From NCBI RefSeq assembly GCF_009914755.1, contig NC_060938.1: DNA of 64,000 nt; one strand, 5' to 3'. Numbering within the stretch: the stretch's first letter is position 1; each line of letters begins with the position of its first letter. This DNA comes from the human T2T-CHM13v2.0 reference genome, Homo sapiens. Positions 10,733 to 22,812 of the stretch are shown piece by piece. Below the pieces are notes generated by a model. That model was not told the DNA's origin. It did no database searches and saw nothing but the letters and a program-made list of their open reading frames with translations. The position numbers and the translations under genes are program-made.

Positions 10733-13587
10733 CTGAAAACAACCAAATGTTACTTTAACCATGATCTAGCATATGGTCTTTGCAGAGAACACATATTCCA
10801 TTCCATGTAGTGAAGACGTCATCCATCATTGTTTAACACTCAGCTGTTAGGTTTGCTGTGTACAAGGTGGACCGGGGTTAGAGGGCAAGGGGGGTACCCA
10901 TCCCTTACCCAAAAAAGCCTAACTTAAGGCTTTACTTCCCTCGATTCTTGACCACTAACCTTAATACCAGAAATAAAAAACGCCAGTGGCCAACTTGACC
11001 TACTAATGCTTGACCTGAGCGTTAAGGATGAATAACTCTGAACTACAGGACAACAGATCAGGCCTGGTTGTCACTGTTTTTTCTTAAACTTCTCTAAATT
11101 TATTTTAATAAAAATCAAATATAATCATATCACCCCCTATGGTTTGGAATTCTTGGAACCATTTCCATCTTAAGCACCCATACATTTACTAAGAGACAAG
11201 TGGATGTGTGAAAGTAAAATTAGCTTTAATGGCATTACTGGGATTTTGATGCAAGCAATAGTGATTTAATGCTAACTGAGGAATGGTGTTTACATAGTGC
11301 TACTCCAAAGGGTCAGTTAGGCTGAGTAATTAGAGTCACCATAAACTAGAACTAAAAGGGACCTTTGAGGCCAATCCCTTTATTTTATAAATAAGGATTA
11401 CAGTAAAAATCCATCAAACCAAATTGGCCAGTTGCCTGATTGCATTGACTGGCTGTTCCATTGAAAGGACCAGTCATTTATTCTGAATAATTAGCCTATT
11501 TATTCTAACCTTCCTACAGACACTGCTGGAGGCAGCCATGCAAAACAGGTTGCAAGCCCAACCCACCGTCCTAAAGAAGTGAGGAAGCTCCTGGAAATAA
11601 CGGACATCAGCCTCAATCTCTCTCTGGGAAACGCTATTGCCTAAGGAAGCAGGCAGTGGCCATTTCTAAGATGACAGATACTAGCAATGGATTGGTAACT
11701 ATCGTATTAGGTGATGAGTGATTACAGACTTTCCCACCAGACCAAGGTTGTAACCACATCTAGCGCCACTGAGTCTTACGGCAAAGGCAGCTGGGCAAGA
11801 AATGTGACCTGTGGCTCCTCTCGACAAGCTCAAACCCAATCAGCAACACAGCGCAGCAGACCATGAGGCTCGACAGCTGCTGCCACTTCTTAACGTTAGA
11901 ATTCCAACTTCTCTGTGCCAAGCCCCCTTCGGTTTGGTGCAGCTGCTTTTGGTTTTTCCTTTCAGACAACTCTCTCCTGCATCATTAGAGCTGTAGGATA
12001 CGATCTGAGTTCCCGCACCAGTAAGTGGTTTTTGAGGTTCATTTCGTTTCTGTGCTACGCCAGAGAAATCTGTAGCTTTCTCCTGTGGGCTATCTGGGAG
12101 TAAATATTTACCTTTGCAAGTCACTATTACCCAGCAAAGATGGTCACTAGGGTGCGCTAGTGAACAAGGAACAATGAAGCAGGCAGTCAACACCCTTCTA
12201 AGTATCCCTTTATGAGCTGCTTATCTGGATTCGGAGTTCTGTGTGTGCTCCCAGACAGAGTTGCGAAATATTGTAAGGCTGTCCTAAAGTGAGTCAGCTG
12301 CAAAATAAATCAGCAATCAATCCTGCAGGATCAATGATCTGATTACATTTCTAGTAGAGTTCATACTATGTCGAATCACAGCAACCATCAACTCTTGTTA
12401 ATGTATCGTTTTCCAATGATTGGGCAACCTTCCCTATCACTCGCAGACTGTTACCAAAAGATAGAGATAAACTTCCAGTCTTTTCAGGCATGCATTCTCC
12501 AGATTGGTCTGTGTAAGCTCGGAAAACTGGAGCTTGGAAGGGGTCTGGCCTAACTGCAGTCAGCACTGTGACTTTTAAGAGACCGTGGTCTACAGAAACC
12601 TCAGGACAAAGGAAATATGGCTCTGTAATCACTGACAAGGGCAGTAAAACTGTGGATGCCTGGGACTGTGTAGGTTGTGCCCTTACTAGGTAAGTAAAGA
12701 TAAGGTAAAGTACTAGTTTGTACTAAGTGCTCAGTCCATGGTAGATAACAAATAATAAAAGCATCACTTAAAAAATCTCACTCCCAGGCCTCTGCTATTT
12801 GTGCCTCAGATTAACAGACTGAACTGAGCCATTGGTTAGAGATCTGTGTCTGTCACAGGTATCTTATAATAGACAGTCCTCAGGACAGCCCAGTGCTATC
12901 CCAGAGAGCTCTAAATCACCACCCACTGCAGGTTATGCTTTGGATACTTAAAGATGTTTGTGAAATAGTTCAAAATTCCAGCTGCCACTACATGTGTTTG
13001 CCTTAGATTGGAAACACCACTGAGTTTTCCCATGGACCGGCTACGGATGATGCCAAGGGATTAACTGGAATACATCTATAACTGTTCCTCTTACTTTTCT
13101 CAGTTTCTCTGTACAGTCTCTCTTCGGAGCTTGAGGCCACTAACTAGACATCCATGGTTGAGCACTGTGCGTAAGGGGAAAATGGGTAGAGTCCCAGGCT
13201 ACAGGCTTTCTGTAAATGATTTTTAGTCACACTGACTAAAAATCAATTTTTAGTTAAAAGCTAAAAAAAACTAAATTTAGTCACTTTGCAATTCTTAGTC
13301 CTTAACCAATAAAAAGGAAGGGGAAAAAAAACCCTATTATTTCTACAAAGTGGAATTCAGTCTTTGTCTGCCCAATTGGAAGAGCTACAAAACCACTCTG
13401 CCAGTTATTTGTATTATAAAATTAACAGGGAGGCACGCATGCCCCTATTGATGAGCCTTCAGCAATCTCTTCCAGAATTTCCTGTTTGCCAGACTCCCAG
13501 AGACCAGAACCCATCCTCCTGATGTGCACAGTATTCCATGGAGAAATCAAGACACTGCTGGGATCACACGCCAAACAAGAACAGTCT

Positions 13588-13908
13588 GGCCAGGTGCAGT
13601 GGCTCACACCTGTAATCCCAGCACTTTGGCAGGCCGATCACATGAGCCCAACAGATCAAGACCAGCTTGGGCAACATGGCTAAATCCCATCTCTACGAAA
13701 AATACAAAAAATGAAAATAAAAAATAGCCAGGCATGGTGGCACATGTCTGTAGTCCCAGCTACTCAGGAGGCTGAGGTGGGATGATCACTTGAGCCCCAG
13801 AGGTCCGAGGCTGCAGTGAGCCATGATCACACCACTGCACTCCAGCCTGGGCAACAGAGGGAGACCCTGTTCAAAAAAAACAAAAACAAAAACAAAAACA
13901 AAAAAAAA
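13588..13908 (+). mobile_element. AluJ
   Basis: J diagnostics (gatcacttgagccc, ggctgcagtgagccatgatc), (CAAAAA)n tail, TSD AACAGTCT. Confidence 0.92.
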
Positions 13909-13961
13909 CAGTCTGCTTAGGGCTCAGGTCAGGCTGCCACTTCACCAGGAACTGGTAAAGG

Positions 13962-13963
<2 letters not shown>

Positions 13964-14001
<38 letters not shown>
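13964..14001 (+). repeat. (AC)~19 microsatellite
   Basis: Directly visible. Confidence 0.95.
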
Positions 14002-14003
<2 letters not shown>

Positions 14004-14860
14004 CATCCAGACATTTCAAACTTGTGACAGATGATAGAGTTGTTTGATCAAAGTGTTCACTTCTTGTAGTAGAAACTGATCACTTGTCTGAACATCTAGA
14101 ACTATCCTATTAGAAAAAGAGAAGGATGGCCTCTTCCTTCTATCCGTACCTTTCTACCACACTTTTGGGAAACTGGTGCACATATGAAACTAAATCTCAT
14201 TTCATTTGCAATTTCCCTGGCCCTAGATGAAATTGATGATTTTTGTTTCACTTCCTTAAACATAGCTCATCCACATTTATTTTTACAAGGAAGGCTATTG
14301 CTTGTATATACACTCCTGCATAATCCATGAGCTTATATTCCCTCTGGGCAGTTCTCAGCTCCCCATAGTCACCAAAGTCCTCAGCTTTGTATCTGGGCAT
14401 GTGCAGGACAACGTTTGCAGAGACAATGGCTCTCACCTGGGAGTCAGGAAGCTGAACCTGCAGGTCACTGCAGACCAAATTCTATGCTAATCTCATCTGA
14501 GTTTCCTATGTGCCACTTCCTAGCACAGCCTTTATCATTGGATTAGAGAGGTTTAATTCAATTCAGAAGTTCAAGATTTAATGAGAAATTCACTTTAGTC
14601 TTGCATAATTTGTGTGACGATAAGGGAAATAAGCATCCTGAGAAGGAAAGGGTTGGCTTTCTTTTCATAGCAGAAAAAAACCTATGGTATTTATATTACA
14701 TAGGACTAGGGATTTGAAATGAGCCTCTTCACAGCAGTAGTGACACTGAGTCATCTTCATTTGCTTCTCCCGCAACATCTTTTATCGATTGCGAAAAGCA
14801 CAGCCAACAGATTATTTTTCCCGCCAGAGCCCCAGTGCCTGGCCTGCCCAGGGTGCTTAC

Positions 14861-15047
14861 CTGCCACAAAATCACCAAAGCCCACCGTGGTCAGAGTGAC
14901 CACCACAAAGTAAATGGACTCCAAGGCCGTCCAGCCCTCGATGTACTTAAAGATGACAGCAGGGATCGTCACAAACACAATGCAGCCGGCCAAGATGAAC
15001 AGGATGGTTGAGATGACCCGGATCTTGGTCTGACTCACTTGCTTTTT
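14861..15047 (-). CDS. KCNK10: KCNK10 coding exon (exon 5): M3 and pore 2, [62 protein letters not shown](G)
   Basis: Overlaps ORF 14757..15038. Acceptor cttcctAG at 15048-15049, donor GTAAGC at 14859-14860. Length 187 nt. Contains the TVGFGD filter. Confidence 0.97.
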
Positions 15048-15798
15048 CTAGGAAGAGCAAAGGAGAAAGATAGGCAAGTCAGCGGCATCACCCTGGATTC
15101 AGGATATAGATGCACAGAAAACGGTACTGTGTCAGTGACTTTTAACCTTTCTCTGGTCATTGGCTGCTTGGAGGAAATTTGATGAACGCTGTGAACTCTT
15201 TCCTAGAAAAGTGCATTCAGAATTTTTCAAGTGGTCTAGGAGGTTCTCAGGCTCCCTGAAGCCTGTTCGTGGACACCAGGTCAAACAAACAAAAAAATCC
15301 TGCTTAGCCAATGCTTTGAATGTTTCTTGCATGGTTCCATGACTGCAGCCCAAATGCTGATTCTGACTTCTCACTGGTGCAAATATAATGGTTTCCCAAA
15401 AATGCTACCATTTGTCATGTAGTATTACTGATCCACCATTCGTGAGAATGAGTTTGGAGCTCTTTCCACAATGGTGGTGATGGATTTGCACCGTTTCCCT
15501 TGTGTCAAACAGAATATGCTGGAAAAAAAATTATCTGAGTCAGGCCAAAATGTTTGGATGAAACGGAAAACACAGTCATCCCCATCTTCACCTGTGACCG
15601 ACTCTAGCCAAGTATTTGTGTGTTTCTTCGCCCCCACATTTTCCCTGCTGAGGCTGTACATTTATAACACACTTTTGTTTTAAAACACACCTGTCTGAGC
15701 TGGTGCTGTGATCATCATGTGTGTTGACTGTATCACTCACAAGAGACAGGATAGGAGTTAGCATAACAGGGTCCCCGTCTAAATGGGTAGTAGGACGA

Positions 15799-17059
15799 CA
15801 ATTAGATGGACTTAATGATCTGTGGTGAAATCTCCTTTGGGGCTTTGAAATTTTTATACATCTCTGCAAACAAATCTCATCTCATGCCAGCTCCTGAAGG
15901 AGTCAGTTGTTGGGTCATTAAGAAAAAAGCATCTAGAATGGGAATTAGACTGATACTGGGGCAAAGGAATCATACCAGTGGAGTCCAGGAGCAGGACTGG
16001 TAGCATCGGTCATATTCTCTTTGGATGTGCTGAAGGCGACACTGGAATTGACTCTAAGCTGAAAAACTCTAAGCTGAAAAATCCTCGCAATTCTCAGAAT
16101 TGGTGCTGGAGACTGTCATCAGGAGGCCCTGGTATCATATACTAGCATAAATATATGAACGATGTGTTTAACACCAGAATGTATGGCCTTTCTACATTGC
16201 CTAGATGAATTTTCTGCAAACGTACACCACATTTGGGGCAATCAATATAGGAAATCCGTACCATGAGACCTGCATCCTCTTCATCGCACCAAGCACAGAG
16301 AGACCTTTGCTTTATATACTTCATTTTACACATGCAAAACTGAAGCCAAGAGGGGTTAAGGGACTTGCATAAAATGATGCCACTAATGAGCCGAGATTAG
16401 AATTCTGATGTAATTAATTCTCAGTCCAGTGCTTAACAACGGAAACAGCTTTTCAAGTAATTCAACAATTCACCAACCCAAAGAAAGTTGTCAAACAAAG
16501 TCGTCTGCATCTAACAGAAGAAATCAGACTAACTACTGCTGAAAATGGGCAGTCCTCTGTCCCTTCTGTGAAGGAAGACTGAGAATAAAAAATGGTCACC
16601 GGGTGATCTGTCCAGGAAAAGCTAAAGAAATGCCATCCTTCCTTGTAAAAAGGAGGTACTTTTCTAACTCCTAAGAAGGCATCTGGTATATAAAATGGGA
16701 ACAGGGAAAAATAATTTGATCTATGCTTTGATATAGAAACCCTCCTAATCTCCTCAGAGAAGCCATCTGAAAAAAAAATTACAATTTATTGATATTGTTG
16801 AAACTATATATGAAAATATCGACTTTTCCACACATGAAAGTGTCGTAACAAGATAAATTACCTGAAAACTGCAGGGAAAGTTTTGTCTATTTCATAAATT
16901 TCCATGTTGGATATTACAGGAGGATTTTGTGAAGGCAGGTAAGCCCCTCTGAGAATCCAGGAACTTACTTTAATTAGCCTAGTTTTGTTTGCAGAAATGT
17001 ATGAAAAGTTCAAAGCCCAAAAGGAGATTTCGCCATAGATCATTAAGTCAATCTAATTG
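15799..17059. repeat. Long inverted repeat: arms 15799-15874 and 16984-17059, 69/76 identical with no gaps, spacer about 1.1 kb
   Basis: Aligned by hand. Also shows up as near-identical peptides in opposite-strand ORFs 15806..16003(+) and 16858..17043(-). Confidence 0.95.
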
Positions 17060-17809
17060 CTGGCAATGGGAGTACCATTCCTCCTCAAATATTCCTCCTC
17101 AAATGCATAGTGAAGTTAAAGTGAATTAAATGTTTGTGAGATGCTTGTTAAGTCATAAATTAAGATGTGAATGTAATTGCAATCTAAATGAGGTTGAGGT
17201 TGGCAAAAGAGGACTGCAAGTACGTAGGAAGCTGGAGACGTTCCTGGACTTCAGGAGATGGGCAGGAGGGAAGATGGGGAAGGACAGCGGTGGATTTGTT
17301 TGACGGCAGACAAGGAGGTGTATAACAAAGGCTAGATCGTGGCATCTTAATTGCATCATCTACTGGAGACTTTATCAGCAAGGTAAACATTTCACCACTA
17401 CTCACTGCCCCGGCTAACAAGTGTGTTCCTGGGCTGCTTCTCCTAGACATCCAAGGGTCACACTCAGAGAATGTTTGGAGCATTTAATTATCAGGGTATT
17501 TTAGGGACTTAAGAAATGCGCATCTTGCATGTGTATGTGTGTGTAGGTGTATGAAAATATGTGTATACCCATACTTTGCTATAAAAAGAAGTGCTGTGGG
17601 CGTAAGGTTTTAGCAATATCTGTTATTCTAGATACCCATGTTTTTGCTGCCCTCTAGGTATTTAAAAAAAAAAAAAAGTTGCCTTAATTGAACATTTTAA
17701 ACTGCAGCTTTCACAATGGAATCACAAACCATCTCATGTGCCGTGTGGTGATCTTCAGTTTTCTTATCCCCATTAGCCCTGTAACTGTTCACTGCTGCTG
17801 AAAAACCAT

Positions 17810-18040
17810 AGTAGTGTTTAAGAGCACAGAGTCTAGGGAAAGACTGCCTGAGACACATCCCAACCCCACTGCTAAATAGCTGAGTGACCTTAGGCAAGTT
17901 TCTCAACCTCTCTGTGCATTAGTTTTTTTCCTCTATAAAATGGAGATAAGAAATCCCACCTCATCGGATTGTTTGGAAGATTAAACAAGTGTGCAAACAC
18001 TTAGCACAGTGCCTGGTTAATATTCAATGCTTGTTAACAG
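17810..18040 (+). mobile_element. MIR
   Basis: agctgagtgaccttaggcaagtttctcaacctctctgtgc...cttagcacagtgcctgg. Confidence 0.8.
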
Positions 18041-19945
18041 GCCATTTTAATGTAAATGCTCAAATTTTTCCTTAGACGTAGACAGTCCCAGGTTTAATGC
18101 TTCTCTTTGCCATTGAGGAATGTTCCCTCATATGTGGCTTAAGATAATCTCTGTTTAGCTTCAGGAGGTCGCTGCTGGTTGTCCTTTCCTGGATATATTG
18201 TATACCTCATTGTCAATGACAAAAAATGTCCTCATTCTCCTTTGGTTCCTCTTGCCAACTCTGGTTTGAGCTCTCAGACAGTCGCAGCTCACAATCTTGG
18301 AAGCTTTTTTATTTGCCTTCCAATTAATTCCATCCTACTTCCAAAACCCCAGGCTCAGCCACCTCCCCGTCCCATTTTTCATCATCCTTCCGAAACTGCC
18401 AAGAATTGCAGATAACGTTTGCGATGTCAGGAACCAGCTGCAGAGGGATTCTGAGAGGCACAAACCTCACTCTCCCTGCCTCCCTGCCACATCCCCCTGC
18501 CACTTACAGAATGGAGCTGTGTTTCCACGGTGGGGTTGCTAGGCAAAATTGCATGGCTTACTTACCAGTAAGCAGAGCCGCTAGCAGAAAGCTCTGTGAG
18601 AGCCCAGATCTAACTGAGCTAATGTGTCCTTAGGCTAACAAAACTGTTATCAGGGAAGAGATGGTCTGATATGATATTTGGGTAGAACTGATAGGATGGT
18701 CGTTGTACTTCTGTCTAAATCGTGTTTTCACACTTTGTTGATTGGTTAGACTAGAGCGCATGTTCTTCCCTTCTCTTTACACAAACAGTATTTTGCAAAA
18801 CTATCTCCCGTATCTGATTGATACAAACTATAGGAATTTTTTAAGTACTCAAAACCCATCTCCTGTAGAGTTCATTTAGTTGTTAAAATTATATGTGCAA
18901 TTGTTCCAAAGACCAAGTAAGCTTCGTAAACAGGAGGAGAGGGAGCCAGTTCTAAGAGCTCTCTTTTGAGAGAGGGATGTATGGACTGACAATTCGGGAA
19001 GTGTTTACTTGTTTCAGGCCTCAGAGGGCTAAGCCACATGTCCAATTCTCATTAAGCATAATTCTCTGTCTGTTTTTGTTTACTTCCACAATGTTATTTT
19101 GGAGAGCATGTATATTTCCATTCATTTGTGGGCTATTTTTTCATTTAATTTTTACCCCCTCTTTAATCCCCATTGTTTGCATCTTTATGTAATTTCTTAG
19201 AATTCTGAGATTAGCAATTCAGATTGTTTTGTCTGGCTGGGAAATTATTTATTCATTGTGATTTCTAGCCAGGATGTCGGGGATTTTACTCAAGAATAAA
19301 GACACTGCGGTAAAAATCCTAAGACAGAAGCTAAACATGCAGAGCTCAGTTTACGGCTTGGTTTGGTTTGTTGAAATGCAAACACATCACCATAGTAATA
19401 CATCTGAACTGAGGATAATTTCTCAAAATGGAAAGATGATGGGAACTGCCTAGTAAGAGGACTGACTTCATTTTCTTATAACATGTTTTCTTCCAAGATT
19501 TATTTTAGAAGGTTCACTTATAACTAATAATTTCATCATCACAATGAATGGCCTTGTGGCACTAGCAATTCTATAAACTATGAGTAGAGCTTTTAAACAC
19601 TCTCTGCCTAAAATCTCCATGGCAGAGATGCTGTAAGCACACATCAGTGAGAATAGTGAAGTGGAACCTTCAAGAAGCCTACTGAAAAAGTCCCACTCAA
19701 AAGCCGAATACACAAATGGATCATATATACACACACAGAAAAAAGTTTATATCCAGCTTCTGACTCTGAGTCATGTTGCAAGACACCTATGACAGACTGG
19801 CCAGTTCAGTACTTTGCTGGTTTCACTATGCAAAGTTCTTGAAAAAGATGTTGGTATATATGGGTAAATTGTTTTTATCACTAGACTACCAATATAGGTG
19901 CATCTGGGATGGAAAAAAATAAAATTCACAAATAATAAAAACTCA

Positions 19946-20273
<328 letters not shown>

Positions 20274-20441
20274 TTAATTAAAATTTTCAAAAGTTTTCTA
20301 TTCTAAAAAACTGGTTGCTGTTAACATTTGAAGATAATACGCTATTGGAACACAAGATTTGGCATTTAATTCATTCTGCACATAATTATTTAAAACCTTA
20401 AATGTCAGGGACCATTCTAGTTGCAAGGGACATGGCAGTTC

Positions 20442-20492
20442 GAGGGAAGGAGGGAGGGAAGGAAGGAAGAAACAGAAGGAAGGAAGGAGGGA

Positions 20493-20532
<40 letters not shown>

Positions 20533-20551
20533 GGAAAAAAGAAAAGAAAAA
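20442..20551 (+). repeat. GA-rich low-complexity tract with (GA)n
   Basis: Directly visible. Confidence 0.9.
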
Positions 20552-21437
20552 GTTCCTTCCTCTTGCACACAAAGTCCAGCAGGAAGATCTGAGCCTTTGT
20601 CTGAAAAGGTCTTTGTGGCACTGTCCATGGTGCCCCACCCTGGTAGATATTGAAGGCAAAGCTTAGTACCTAATGACACCTAGGTGACCAAATATATCAC
20701 CTGGGAGAGAAGAAAGGAAATAATAACATTCTTGTAGCTCTGGCATGTGGAATATAAAAGCATGCCAACTGTAATGGACGACCTTTAAATCTTTGTCAGT
20801 CAGGCATTCAGAAGGTAGGTCTCAGAGGCAGGAAAACTCATAAGCGATCACACCACATGTAGAAAACATCCAGACAAATCCTTAACTGAAGAAGGGTCCT
20901 TCTCTTTGGTTGAAGCATGAAAGAAAGCCCATGGAAAGGTAAGGAGAATGGGACACCTGCTGATGAGCCACATCAACTGAGTAACTCCTGACAATCCCAA
21001 AAGATGCCCCTCCCAGCTGCTCACCTATCCAAATTCTAAATTTATCCTACTCAAATTTCAGCAGCATGATGAACAATGCCTCCATCTCAAATGGCCTCTC
21101 CACCATCATAAACAGAAGCATACAATAATACTACAGTAACAATGCTACAGACAGCTAAAAGGTAGACTCACTCTTCTTCCACTGGCTAACAAGGTGTAAG
21201 GGCACAGTTCCCTGGCTAAGCAGTGCACAGGAGTGAAGGCACAAGACCATTCTAATAGGATAAATGCTCATTTTCCGCCCCAGTGCTTTCCTTGTATAGG
21301 GAGCTCCACCTGCTGCAATACACATGGCCACTCAACTCTTATTCTGACCCAGGAACTGTTAACCCAGCCCCTTCCTCTCCCCTTCCTTTTGGGAGTTACC
21401 CCTTGTGATCTCCTATCTAATTCTGAGGTTGTATTAG

Positions 21438-21869
<432 letters not shown>

Positions 21870-22588
21870 TAGCAGAAAGCTCAGTGATTATTCCATTATG
21901 AAGGGGGAAAGAGGTGAAATCCTCTGGTGTTCAGCAAGCTCTCCTCAAGGGAAGGTGAGTTCCCTTCTTTAGCTTGTGAATGTTCACCCGGAAGGAAGAC
22001 ATGTTGTAAAAGCAGAAAAGTAGGGTGAGATTACAGTGGGTTTCTTGCTAAGGGTGCTCTGCTAAAAGAAGAGTGGATTGGGACAGCCATTAAGGAACCC
22101 TGAGCCCTGGCTAGAGCTGTCTGGGAAGGACAAGAACCTGGAAAAGCAGCCAGGGCAAGGGGAGAGCAGTGTTAGGGTTCTCATGTAGCCATAAAACAGA
22201 CTAGGTCAGTAAAACACCCCTTGCCTCGCTGGCTCCTCTAGGAACACTTTACTCTTTCTTGTCCTTCCCACCCATCTCTTAGCTATGCAGCTGTTCCCTG
22301 GAACCAGTATCCAAGAGTACCCAGAACACGTAAAAGAGAAGAAAGTTGTCATATGATCCCTATCCCCACTCCCATGAGTAGCCCAGAGGCTACTAGACAG
22401 AAGAACTATCTATAGGCCCAGGAATAAAGGTAAATGACAAACAGGTATGCATTTTCTGTGACCTTATTTATCTTGCCTGTTAGAAGATTTGAAGACAGCC
22501 TTCAAGGTCAGATAGATTTAGGTCAACACCTATACAAATACCTGGGTATTGCTGGATAAGCAGTAAACAACGCCCTTCCCAATAGACA

Positions 22589-22812
22589 GTTTCTTTCTTT
22601 CTTTCTCTTTCTTTCTTTCTTTTTCTTTCTTTCTCTTCTTTCCTTCTTTCTCTTCTTTCCTTCTTTCTTTCTCTCTTTCTTTCTTCTTCTTTTCTTTCTT
22701 TCTTCTTCCTTTCTTTCTTCCTTTCTTCCTTTTTTTCTCTTTCTTTCCATATTTATCTCTCTTTCTTTCTTTCCTTCCTTTCTTCTTTCCTTCCTTCCTT
22801 CCTTCTTTTTTT
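22589..22812 (+). repeat. About 220-bp polypyrimidine (CTTT/CCTT) tract
   Basis: Directly visible; source of the K/E/R-rich false ORFs. Confidence 0.95.

Noticed and set aside
15799-17059. Inverted repeat read as the TIRs of a hAT or Tc1 transposon
   Set aside because: No TA or 8-bp TSD (taggacga versus ctggcaat) and no transposase-like interior. Not fully excluded without a Dfam search.
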